Positions 1-11,404 of a stretch of DNA of 64,000 nt are shown here, in pieces. The position numbers and the translations under genes were made by a program. Position 1 is the first letter of the stretch. The number at the start of each line of letters is the position of its first letter. The stretch is from Anthoceros angustus (lineage: Eukaryota; Plantae; Anthocerotophyta), in NCBI GenBank assembly GCA_010909165.1, contig MU008214.1:197905-261904 (forward strand). Reading direction: 5' to 3'. The notes beneath the pieces were generated by a model. That model was not told the DNA's origin and did no database searches. It saw only the letters and a list, made by a program, of their open reading frames with translations.

Positions 1-1135
1 TCGTGCGGATGTTCCGGATGTTTTCCTGGCAACTGTGCCCGTCACTGGGGCATGCGGGTTTGCAATGGTAATCATCACCTGTCTGGCTGGATGACGATGA
101 GCTTCACCTTGTATTCGGCAAACTTGCTTGCAGGCTCAGGGTGCCGAAGGACTCATCACCATTCGCGTGCACCCCCCTATGTGCCACCGACGCCTCGGAA
201 CTTGAACTTGTATGCGGCTATGGAACTTAGCCCCGAAGACACGAGGAGATGCCGCCCGCCCTCAGAAGTGAGCCATCAACGGGCAATGAGAGGTCTCTTT
301 CGCCCTCCGTGTGGAGTTTTGGGTGCATCGGGGGAGCCTGATATTGCTGGCGACGACAACGTTCCCCACCCTCCCAGTTCACCTCCTGGGCTGCAGTGTA
401 CATATCATCCGAAGCCAATGTCGGAGACATTGCAGCCTGCGAGCGAGCTTGCGTTTCGTTTGCAAACACGGCGCGCGGCTGGTGTCTCCTTGAAGAAGAC
501 TGAGACGGACATAGTTCTGGAGGATTTCCGTAAACCGTGTTGCAACAAAGTATGTATTCAACGACTTTCGAGGAAGGTTTCCAGGAAGAGAGGCAAAGGT
601 TCCTTAGGTTGGGAAGGTCTGAGCAGGAGACATTCCTAGAGACCCTTGTAAGACCTGACCATGGTTCGAATGGCAAAGACTGTACTTTCCTGAAGGCACC
701 GGTTCCAATCAAGTGTTGCCTGAAATCCTTCAGAAGGGTGTATTGCATAGGGTCGGAAAGGTACGAGGAGGTGAAGGGCAGAGTACTGTTGAATTCACCA
801 TGGGATTGTAGCAAGCCAAGCCCGGGTGAAATCCTCTCATGCATTGGGCGCTATTGCATGGATGGATGCAACATTTCTGCAATTGGCAGAGCGGCTGCCT
901 AATGTTGAAGTCTACAATCTTCCTGACACTTTCACCAAACTAGAAGTGTGGACACAATACAAATGTGGCCTGGAGCAAAAAGGGCTGCAGTATATTTCGT
1001 ATGCATACTTTCTGAGACTATGGGAGCAGAACTTCAAGCGCGTGAAGATACCCAAATCCAATCGGTTTTCAACATGTTCTCTTTGCGCCGGTCTAAAGTT
1101 CAACATTCGAAGCACTGGATCGCGGACAGATCAAG

Positions 1136-2108
1136 GTAAGCTCATCGCTCCACACCGTTTTTTCGGCATGGTATAAAGAGGGTGAAAGGTTAGACGTGAC
1201 AGCGATGTGGGCCATCTGATATCTAACAGTGGAGCGTTGTGATGGTGGAGGTTGAACCTTGGTCAGAGGTACAACCGGTTCGGCCCCTGCAGAAGAAGGC
1301 GGCGGTTTGGCGAGCGCCATCGGGTGGGGAGAGGGAGGAGGCGCCCGGCATGCAGGCGCCCTCGGGGTCGTGGGAGGGAGAGGAGGCGCATGCATGCGCC
1401 TCATGGGTGGAGGGGTGTGCAGAGGGAGGCGGCGGCATGCGGGACCTAAACCCTAAAGGAGCTAGGGAGGCGCATGCCACAGCCCTCATTGAGGCGGAGG
1501 GGGGGCGCCCGGCATGCGGTGCCCTCGGGGGTTGTGGGAGGGAGAGAGGGAGGGCGCGGCATGCGCGCCTCATGGGTGGAGGGGTGCAGAGGGAGGAGAG
1601 GAGGCGGCGGCATGGGGACCTAAACCCTAAAGGAGCTAGGGAGGCGCATGCCGGCCCTCATTGAGGCGGAGGGAGGAGGCGCCCGGCATGCGCGCCTCAT
1701 GTGTTGTGGGAGGGAGAGGAGGCGCATGCCGCCCTCATGGGTGGAGGGGTGTGCAATGGGGAGGAGGCGGCAACATGCGGGACCTAAACCCTAAAGGAGC
1801 TAGGGAGGCGGCATGCCGCCCTCATGGTGGAGGGGATTTAAGGACGCTGGGTCTGCCTGGGCCATACAACGGGTGGAACCCTAGGTTCGCCGTTGGGGGC
1901 ATGACCCTTCCGAGGGTTGCCATCATGCTAGTGCCCCTTTGCCCCTACGGTTGACGATCGTCTAGACTCCAGCCTGATAGTAGAGTCGACCCCTTCGTCC
2001 ATTGCATCGGAAATGAGGCGTTTGGGGGGAGGCTCGTTGGTTGGTCCTGGTTGCGATGACGTTATATTTCATGGATGGACACTGACATGATATTTGGTTG
2101 AAGGGCAG
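1136..2108 (+). other. phase-1 spliceosomal intron in transposase A
   Basis: GATCAAG/GTAAG donor and GGCAG/AT acceptor. Splicing joins ..RTDQ-D-IYRDALNKHR in frame. Copy B has an intron at the same position. Confidence 0.75.
1300..1890. repeat. GC-rich degenerate ~170 bp tandem repeat containing CCTAAACCCTAAA
   Basis: GGACCTAAACCCTAAAGGAGCTAGGGAGGCG at ~1442, ~1616 and ~1781, embedded in GCATGC/GGAGG-rich sub-repeats. Confidence 0.8.
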
Positions 2109-4769
2109 ATATATATCGGGACGCGTTGAACAAACATCGCATAAAGCTTATGGAGGAGCGGAAGAAGTTGACAAAACATCGAACGAAAGGATACACCGAG
2201 CCTCAGAAGTACATGTTGTTATGTATCGATGGCATGGATCAGAAAAAAACATCCTTACCGCATATACTTAGATGGCCTAAGGAGCTAAAGGAAGAAGTGG
2301 TATCCATGTGGTGGGGTGTATGATCCACAATCACATTCAAGTCCGTATGATCCACTACGCAAATTTGGAATGATGCTAATTTAACCATATGCATTATCCA
2401 AGATGTGATACATACATATGTTGGCTTACTTCCCAAGGTTCTATATTTGCAACTGGACAACACATGTCGGAGAACAAGAATCAAGCTGCTTTGCTTATCT
2501 CGAATATGCTCGTGGAGGGGACTTTGAAAAAGTGAAGGTGGGCTTTCTTCTTGTAGGTCACACACATGACCAGTGGACCAAATGTTCTCGTGTTTTTCCA
2601 AACATTTGAAGCACAAAGAGGCAAAACTCTTCCGTCATGCGGATATATTGAGCAAGGCTTTCACGCCAAACCCAGTGAAGGTCCCGACCGAGGTTCAGAC
2701 TTCCGTTCTTTCGTCGGCCTTTGAAAGCGAGGGAAAGGAAAGCGCACGGAAGTTTAAAGCTGCGTTCGCAAGCTAAACAATCTATCATACCAACACCGGT
2801 TCAAAATCACGCGGGAGGAAAAGTCGGGGGTAAAGTAACTGCTATTCGAGTAAATGATTCGACCTCACCGTTATGGGAAAGAAGATGGGCTGGAGTTCTT
2901 GTCTTTTATTCCAAATGAGATTGGACCTACAACCCCGCTAGCTCTGGTGCCAAGGACAAGAAAGGCGTTGATGGAAGCCTCACCACGGAAGGAGTAGACC
3001 ACTTAAGAAAGGGTTTGCAAAAGCGTCAACATATCTAACATGGTGAGGAGGAGTGGTGGAGTGACTGGGAGGATCAAGAGGAGATCGCAACTATTGTGGA
3101 CAATAACATCGGCCTTTATGCGAAAAGGCAGTGGAAGTGGTATGACAGATCGCAGATGCACTTGTACCACCTGTGCAGGTTCCGGAGGAGGCTATATTGG
3201 ACGAAGCCTTACTGCGAGACGTGCCTCAACGGGACATGTACTTGGGTGCTTACCAGAGTGTGGAAAGACGGGAACAAGAGGTCGAGCGGATGAATGGTGA
3301 CATCATGGAGATAAAAAAAGGTATGTTTATTGTCACCCCTTGTGAGGGGACACTCACAACAGGGCATTCTGGGTTGCAAAGGTCTTGAGTGTGCACATGA
3401 CCGCCGATGACCCCTACTTCCTGGTGCACTGGTGGCGAACCGAGCACCAGATGCATACGAGGGCAAGTATGTCGGGGAATACTTTGTTAGGACCCAGGAG
3501 GACAGAGAACTACCTCCTACCAACAAAGGTGCAAAAGCATGGAAGCCTCCCAACATTCAGAAGTTGTTTGTCCATAAGACAGTCATTGTGTACTATGGGT
3601 TCAATCTCACTTCTAGGAAACATCTGTACGTGGCGGATAAAAAAGCTATCAAAGAGAAGTTAAGTGCCCTCCGTCCCCATCTTCAACCCTGCACTCCCTC
3701 AGCGGTGGACAGCGAGGATGATGGGGATGACGCAGTTCTTGGACATGGAGAACCCGACGGTCTCGAGTCAGGTGAGGAGTGAATAACCGAATGGCTTCGA
3801 AATATATTCCAGTCATGGTCCGCTCCTAAGAACTTATGGCGCAACCCTTTTTTAACACCCTTTGCGATGGCATGCCGCATTCTTTCAGGACCACATTTTG
3901 TGCGTCCATTCCTAGTGGCCCCTTCCATTGTCACCGGCTGCCATGGCTCGCTCGCTTAGTGGAATTCGTTTAATGGTAGCGCCACCCCAATGATTCCGTG
4001 AAACTTGGCAGCCCTTTCCAGCCAAGATGCCAAATTGTGGTTTTGTTGGGGTTCACAGGAACATGGTACACTACAAGAGATTTCTCCGCTCACGGCGGAT
4101 ATTAAAAGGCCATGTTGGACATGTTTGGTGCACAGGGAATGGCTAAGGGCCTTTGCCGCAAGGTGTGCGCATTATCAAAGGTATGGGCTCGAAGGGTGTG
4201 CGCATTATCAAAGGTATGTTTATTGTCACACCCTTCTACCATAGATGAACAGCACATTTTCCATACCTTCCCACCCTAGATGTGAACCAGATGCAAAAGT
4301 GGCTTGCATTCCCCTGCAGTATAAGACAATATATTGTAAACACTGTCGGCGGGTTTCCAGATCCCAGCACAAAGGGAGTGTGAAGTCGGTGCTAAATCAT
4401 TGCAAACCCCTCGGGAATGTCCCCACCTGACCCTTTTTGGCGCTGGTGCTCCTGGTAAATTTGAAGTAGAATGTGATTTTGACCATAATTTTGAACACAT
4501 TATCCGGGACTACATACAGGAACAGCGATTTAGTGACCATCCACAACCTGGTTCAGCGTATATTCATGCATAAAGCCGCTTGATGTATATTCCGCCGGTT
4601 CAAATATTATGGTGTTAAGTGCATCTTTTATCAAAGGTATGGGCTCAGAAAGGGTGTGCGCATTATCAAAGTAGGGCAGATATGCTGTTGCAGGAAGGTT
4701 GTACATCGGACAAGGGGGTGCTGTCTCGACCGAAGGGGGTTACTATATTGCCCCCTTTCAAAAATTATC

Positions 4770-5280
4770 ATGTTAGATGTTATGCTTTGATAGAAGGGCT
4801 AATTGATGATATGGTTTGATAGATGTTATGGTTTGATAGAAGGCTAATTGGGCATAGTTTAATATATGTTATGATTTGATAGAAAGGCTAATTGGTGATG
4901 TGGTTTGATAGAAGGGCTAATTGGGCATAGTTTAATAAATGTTATGATTTGATAGAAGGGCTAATTGGTGATATGGTTTGATAGATGTTATGGTTTGATA
5001 GAAGGGCTAATTGGGCATAGTTTGATAGATGTTATGATTTGATAGAGGGGCTAATTGGTGATATGGTTTGATAGATGTTATGGTTTGATAGAAGGGCTAA
5101 TTGGTGATATGGTTTGATAGAAGGGCCCATCTGCCTATCTGCTATCAATCCGAATGATATGGTTTGATAGAAGGGCCCATGTGCCCATCTGCTATCAATC
5201 CAGATGATATCAAACTTATCAGTCCAGATGATATAGTTTGATAGATGTTATGGTTTGATAGAAGGGCTAATTGGGCATGG
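4770..5280. repeat. composite minisatellite built from GATAGAAGGGCTAATTGG and GATAGATGTTATGGTTT modules
   Basis: More than ten GATAGAAGGGC modules alternate with GATAGATGTTAT(G/A)GTTT modules. Confidence 0.9.
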
Positions 5281-5689
5281 TCTATGGTTCGACTAACATG
5301 CCCTTATTCTGGCCAGCATAGTTAAGAATTTATAGTTTTAAACCCAAAATCATGGCAAATATCATTCAATTGTTGATCGTGAGTTTGAAATTACTCATAA
5401 CGTTATATTAATGGTTGCAAATTATAAAGGAATCAAAATGGTGAAGAGAGCTATGGCTCACTCAAGTTTCTTCCATTTTGTCGAGCTCATTGAAGGCCGC
5501 GACCATTGTATTGCGGAGGTCATAACTCCTGGGCATGTGTTTCAATCTTGGACACCATCTTTGCGATCGACCAAGGCTGTACATTGTGATTTGATATGTG
5601 AAAGATGTCATATTTTTACTCTTTGAAACATACATTCAAATTAAACGATAGAGGAATGGGTTACTTGTTTCATAAAGGCAATGATTCAA

Positions 5690-6655
5690 ACCTGTGAAAG
5701 CCGAAACCCGGGCAGGCATGAACATCCTCGTACACCAAAGTGGCAAAGGAATGATGCATAGGCTACGATCACAGCTGCCAAGAGGGTTTCACATGAGCCT
5801 AATAGTATTGACAAACGTAAGGATAAGCAGATGATGGATACTGTTTTGCAGAGCCTTGTTGAGAAAACCACTAGTGATGAGTTGAGGATGATTGTGATGC
5901 ATGGTGTCGAGGAGGCACACACTGTTAGGGAGTCCATGCGGAAGTGGAGCAGGAAAGGGGGCTTGGTCTCATTTGTGTGGGACAAGACGAACATGAATAA
6001 TGACAAGGATGGATTTGAAACCGTGGAGTATGTTACAATGGGTTGGGGAGTAAAAAAGGCGTGCACAAGGGATAGGGTTGCAATGATGCCAAATGTCATG
6101 CATGGGACTTTTAACAATGGGAGGTCTGTCATCACCCATGAGACTGTTGTGAAGAAACCGGTGTACATATCACATGACAAGGTGATGGTATGCCCATAGC
6201 AGAGGCCTCTGGGGCTAATGATGAAACTTATCAAAACCTTCTCCAAAGAGGGAGATTGGGTTTTGGATGCTTGGTCTGGTAGTGGGACAACTTTATTGGC
6301 AGCCTTACTGTGCGGACGAAATTGTATTGCTATCGAGGCTGACTTGAGGTGTGTAGAATACGTTCCACAACGGATCCATGGGTACGAGGGTCTGCCAAAT
6401 GCTGACAAAGAATTGACCTTCGAGGCCCACTGCAGAGGACTTGCACAATTTTGGGCAAAGGAGGTATGTATCAGCGAGAAGGACTCTTTGAAAGCACAGG
6501 TGGTTTTTTTGAGTGCTCGTCGGATGAAGACCAAAACTAGAGCGTTCTTAGCAGAGGGCCAACAAATCCTTGATAATGTATGGCAGCCTTCCCCACCTCT
6601 TGATGACGACGACACTGGCGTGAATGAAGACGCGAGGGCTTTGGGTGAGAACTAA
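5690..6655 (+). pseudogene. beta-class N4/N6 DNA amino-methyltransferase (N6_N4_Mtase-like), copy A, 5'-truncated with an in-frame stop
   Basis: FVWDKTN (W-x-K motif), then VCP*QRPLGLMMKLIKTFSKEGDWVLDAWSGSGTTLLAALLCGRNCIAIEAD, matching the motif X/I/II region of beta MTases (consensus HPTQKP..GD.VLDPF.GSGTT..AA..LGR..IGIE). TAG at 6197-6199 sits where copy B has TAC. Confidence 0.8.
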
Positions 6656-7098
6656 GTATGTCGTGGTCAAAAATAAGGAAGGCGCTATCCACTATCGCCT
6701 CGCAGGACGAGTGTCTCTTTCCATCCATGGTGGATGATATTCATATCTTAAGACTAGGGACAAGGTCGGAAGGCGTTGAACTCTTCTCCTCATAGCTATC
6801 CCGCCTGGGTTTGAGGGTCAAGATCCTGAAGTGCAAGGTTTGGTCCCCGTCGAGCATCACTCCCTCTCTTCAATATCCTAGGGGAACATTGTTTCAGCAG
6901 GACTTCACCTCTTGGGGTCTCGGTGGGAATCCGGACTTTGTCTGTGGTTTTGTCCATCTTGCTGGGAGGCTTTGCCCACATCGACCTCTTCACTAGGGAC
7001 CTCATGTGGCATTTGGCATCCTTTCTTCTTGCTTGGCTAAGATACCTCACCGTAATGGTTGCTCCCTCCCAGATTTCTATCAAGCTTGGGGAAGTTCG

Positions 7099-7315
7099 TG
7101 ATAAAATAGCTTACTATTAGGGCACTCTTCACTAGGGCACCTAGGACTTAATAATTAATTTAGTCCTTAGGGCTCTAGGTAGTTTCTTTAGTAGTTATTT
7201 AATTGGTTAGTTGTTACAACAACCTTGCCTACATAAAGGCATGTACTTTCTATTATGAATGTAATGCAACACATATTGCTTGAGCTTGTGTATGATTCTC
7301 ATCATGGTATCGAGC
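7099..7315 (+). mobile_element. Copia LTR (TG..CA, 7099-7304) plus degenerate tRNA-Met PBS
   Basis: TGATAAAATAG...TTCTCATCA followed by TGGTATCGAGC. Similar to the minus-strand LTR at 58507-58761. Confidence 0.7.
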
Positions 7316-9024
7316 ACACTTGCTCTTTGTTTGCTTGTGCATCCTCATGCATCTAAGTAGCTTATCTAGGAGACACTTTCTAATCTAGCATTTGCCTAGA
7401 TGGATTGTGTTTATCCTAGAATTGCTATCTTTGCATGCATTCTTTTATGCTAACATTTCTCTTCTAACAATGCTTTTATGCACTAATTCTTTGTCCTTCC
7501 TCCATGGATTTGTGTTCCTTAGAAGGAGAAGGCATAGAGTTAAGAAGAGAAGTAGTCTGCAAGACAACAAGAACAAATTAGGAGCCCAACACATAGAAGC
7601 AATAGAAGACAACAAGCTATAGAGGGAGAGATAGAAACCTCCTCTTGTATAGCAAACTTCATTGCATCTATTTAATTTCTAAACCGGATCAAGGGAAGTT
7701 TATCAAGCTAGCTAGACGTGATTTGCTAGAAGTTTTTAGTCCAATTCACGTCAAGGCATTAGAATTAGCTCTCCAACATATCCCAAATTTGAATGTGGTA
7801 TTAGTACTCCTTTATCTTCTAGTCTGCAAGACAAAATAGCATAGAAACTCTTAGATTTCAAGAAATTGATAGTCAATTAGCAACTCTTAGAATCCAATCC
7901 TTTGATCTTAAGGAGAATTATCTGAATTAAGGACAAAATTGTCTATTCTCTCTAAGGTTGATAATGCGCAGAGATTTGAGAGCATGCTATCATCATCCGA
8001 ATCGATTATGATGCAAGAGAAGAGTTTCGCGTGCAATAGAGAAGATGAGAGTATCTGCGAGGCCTAGTCCTCTAAATCACCTACAATGGCTGGAGTGATC
8101 AATGATGAAGAACAAACTGCTCCTAATTCCCCATTGGGTAATGATAATGCTAACACTTCATTGCATTATCATTATGGTGACGATTTCAAAGAGAAAGATA
8201 GATTCAATGGAAGGATTATGACATCCGGTCATTGAGAATGCGAGGAGCTTTGCGGCAAAGAGACCTTTGGGGCATCGTCGATGGATCAATTCCAAGGCCA
8301 CACGCCCGATTTGAACGTGAACTTCAACCTTCCGGGACGCCAGGACGAGAAGGCACAAGATTTATTGGTCGGTGGACTTTCTCAACATATGGTGAGACAT
8401 GTCGCACGCAAAGACCTCCAAGGATATGTGGACTCACCTTGCTCAATTATATTCATCTCGAGATGTAATGAGTATTGTTGCAGCCTTCCCCACCTCTTGA
8501 TGGCCGACCTTGGCGTGAATGAAGACGCGAGGGCTTTGGGTGAGAACTAAGTATGTCGTGGTCAAAAATAAGGAAGGCGCTATCACTGTCCCTCGCCATG
8601 ATACCAGTGTCTCTTTCCATCCATGGTGGATGATATTCATATCTTAAGACTAGGGGACAAGGTCGGGAAGGCGTTCGAACTCTTCTCCTCATAGCTATCC
8701 CGCCTGGGTTTGAGGGTCAAGATCCTGAAGTGCAAGGTTTGGTCCCCGTCGAGCATCACTCCCTCTCTTCAATATCCTAGGGGGAACATTGTTTCCGCGC
8801 AGGGACTTCACCTCTTGGGGGTCTCGGTGGGAATCCCGGACTTTGTTCAGGGTTTTGTCCATGCTGCTTTGGGGGAGGCTTTGCCCACATCGGCGACCTC
8901 TTTCAGCTAGGGGACCCTCATGTGGCATTTGGCATCCTTTCTTCTTGCTTCGCGCGTTGGCTAAGATACCTCACCAGAATGGTTGCTCCCTCCCCAGTAT
9001 TTCTATCAAGCTTGGGGAAGTTCG

Positions 9025-9242
9025 TGATAAAATAGCTTACTATTAGGGCACTCTTCACTAAGGCACCTAGGACTTAATAATTAATTTAGTCCTTAGGGCT
9101 CTAGGTAGTTTCTTTTAGTAGTTATTTAATTGGTTAGTTGTTACAACTACCTTGCCTACATAAAGGCATGTACTTTCTATTATGAATGTAATGCAACACA
9201 TATTGCTTGAGCTTGTGTATGATTCTCATCATGGTATCGAGC
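9025..9242 (+). mobile_element. duplicated Copia LTR plus PBS
   Basis: Second copy of 7099-7315 within the tandem duplication. Confidence 0.7.
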
Positions 9243-10013
9243 ACACTTGCTCTTTGTTTGCTTGCATCCTCATGCATCTAAGTAGCTTATCTAGGAGACA
9301 CTTTCTAATCTAGCATTTGCCTAGATGGATTGTGTTTATCCTAGAATTGCTATCTTTGCATGCATTCTTTTATGCTAACATTTCTCTTCTAACAATGCTT
9401 TTATGCACTAATTCTTTGTCCTTCCTCCATGGATTTGTGTTCCTTAGAAGGAGAAGGCATAGAGTTAAGAAGAGAAGTAGTCTGCAAGACAACAAGAACA
9501 AATTAGGAGCCCAACACATAGAAGCAATAGAAGACAACAAGCTATAGAGGGAGATAGAAGAAACCTCCTCTTGTATAGCAAACTTCATTGCATCTATTTA
9601 ATTTCTAAACCGGATCAAGGGAAGTTTATCAAGCTAGCTAGGCGTGATTTGCTAGAAGTTTTTAGTCCAATTCACGTCAAGGCATTAGAATTAGCTCTCC
9701 AACATATCCCAAATTTGAATCTGGTATTAGTACTCCTTTATCTTCTAGTGCAAGACAAAATAGTATAGAAACTCTTAGATTTCAAGAAATTGATCATCAA
9801 TTAGCAACTCTTAGAATCCAATCCTTTGATCTTAAGGGAGCATTATCTGAATTAAGGACAAAATTGTCTATTCTCTCTAAGATTGATAATGCGCAGAGAT
9901 TCGAGAGTATGCTATCATCATCCGAATCAGATTATGATGCAAGAGAAGAGTTTCGCGCGTGCAATAGAGAAGATCAGAGGTCATGCGAGGCCTAGTCCTC
10001 TAAATCACCTACA

Positions 10014-10560
10014 ATGGCTGGAGTGATCAATGATGAAGAACAAAGCTGTTCCTAATTCCCCATTGGGTAATGATAATGCTAACACTTCATTGCATTATCA
10101 TTATGGTGACGATTTCAAAGAGAAAGATAGATTCAATGGAAGGGATTATGACATCGGTCATTGAGAATGCGAGGAGCTTTGCGGCAAAGAGACCTTTGGG
10201 GCATCGTCGATGGATCAATTCCAAGGCCACACGCCCGATTTGAGCGTGAACTTCAACCTTCACGGGACGCCGAGGCGAGAAGGCACAAGATTTATTGGTC
10301 GGTGGACTTTCTCAACATATGGTGAGACATGTCGCACGCAAAGACCTCCAAGGATATGTGGACTCACCTTGCTCAATTATATTCATCTCGAGATGTAATG
10401 AGTATTGTTGCAGCTTCACGTAACTTCTGCAACCTCTCAATGAAGGAGTCCAACACCATCGAACATCATGTTAATGCTTTTCGATTGGCACGATCTCATT
10501 TGGAATCTTCAATTGGCGTACCTATCTCATGGAGGCTTACGTCATTCTCTTATTTTCTTT
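10014..10560 (+). mobile_element. Copia gag (UBN2-type) fragment; partial duplicate at 8086-8484
   Basis: RFNG..RMRGALRQRDLWGIVDGS and TSKDMWTHLAQLYSSRD..NFCNLSMKESNTIEHHVNAF, frameshifted. Confidence 0.75.
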
Positions 10561-10601
10561 GCCACCTTCTTACAGGGCCTTCATTACAACTCAAAATGCA
10601 G

Positions 10602-10796
10602 TGATTGTTAAATATATCTTGCAATTAGCTAGAACACCTAGGCTAGAGAGCAAGACTCAAAACGAATGTTTTATAAATGAATAAAGATGTCCTTATATAC
10701 AAAATTGTAAGTGTCTTCTGAGTTAGATAAACTAACCTGTGATTAATCTATCTTGAGTAAATTAGTGTTGGGTTTAATCCCCCAACACTCCCACTA
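10602..10796 (-). mobile_element. short LTR preceded by a polypurine tract (different element)
   Basis: Minus strand reads TAGTGGGAG then TGTTGGGGG...TATATAAG...AACAATCA. Confidence 0.45.
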
Positions 10797-11139
10797 AACC
10801 CAAACGAGGTTTACACACTTTACTCCGCACAGGCAACAATCATTTAGAAGCATTACGCCCGCCTACCAATTGAGTGACAAAGTACATCACATGGAGCTCC
10901 TGACCGCGTTCCTCTTATGTTGCGCATATGGGCCGCTAAAAGATATAAACTTCTCTACGCCACCCTAATTGTGTGCCTTCTTCTGAAGGGCATGCTCAAA
11001 TATGGCATTTCAATGCCCATCAAAAACCCCATTCCGCGTACATTCACGTCAAAAGCCGCTTAATGTATATTCAGCCGCTTCAAATATTATCGTGTTGGAG
11101 AGCAGAGTTCTTCCGCACATACAGCCTGCAAAATGGCAT

Positions 11140-11404
11140 ATCGCTTAGGGTGGATTTATTTCTGACTAGGGAGGATCAAATCTCTATTGCAGATGCCATC
11201 ATATCAGACCCTACCCGGCACACTGTTTGTGAGCACATCATCAAGCCTCAGGGTTGGGCAACAGAGAGATGTGCAACATCCAAAGTACAAAAGTACACAC
11301 CTATGCAGGACGGCCATGCCTTCATCCCCCTCGGCATTGAGACCCACCGGGTCATGGGCAAAGATTTCGGACGGATCATGAAGGATTGTGCAAAGCCTAC
11401 CATG
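11140..11404 (+). mobile_element. CRE-like non-LTR retrotransposon RLE endonuclease fragment
   Basis: RVDLFL...IADAIISDP...SKVQKY...FIPLGIETH, the PD-(D/E)xK RLE pattern. Homologous to 29165-29539. Confidence 0.7.

Larger units (their letters stand above)
52..3782 (+). mobile_element. Sola-like (DUF7869-type) DDE transposase, copy A, frameshifted, with one intron
   Basis: N-terminal KPCCNKVC..FQEERQRFLRL..EQETFL and CCLKSFRRVYCIG; KIPKSNRFSTCSLC; core motifs LCIDGMDQKKT (2215-2250), LYLQLDNTCxENKN (~2440-2485) and KVGFLLVGHTHDQxDQMFS (~2535-2590); further coding sequence runs to a stop at 3782. Family name is from motif recall. Confidence 0.75.
6583..10414. repeat. tandem duplication, 2 x ~1.9 kb
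   Basis: Units 6583-8484 and 8480-10414 are near-identical. GCAGC microhomology at 6583, 8480 and 10410. Confidence 0.9.

Noticed and set aside
4211-4233. 20 bp exact match (AAAGGTATGTTTATTGTCAC) to ~3318
   Set aside because: Too short to interpret; at most a small template-switch scar.
5686-6615. 309 aa minus-strand ORF
   Set aside because: It is antisense to the MTase, which has clear motifs; the antisense peptide has none.
5690-6655. Bacterial contamination or a restriction-modification system as source of the MTase
   Set aside because: It is embedded among plant TEs and intron-containing genes, has no cognate endonuclease or operon structure, and is present as two diverged decayed copies.
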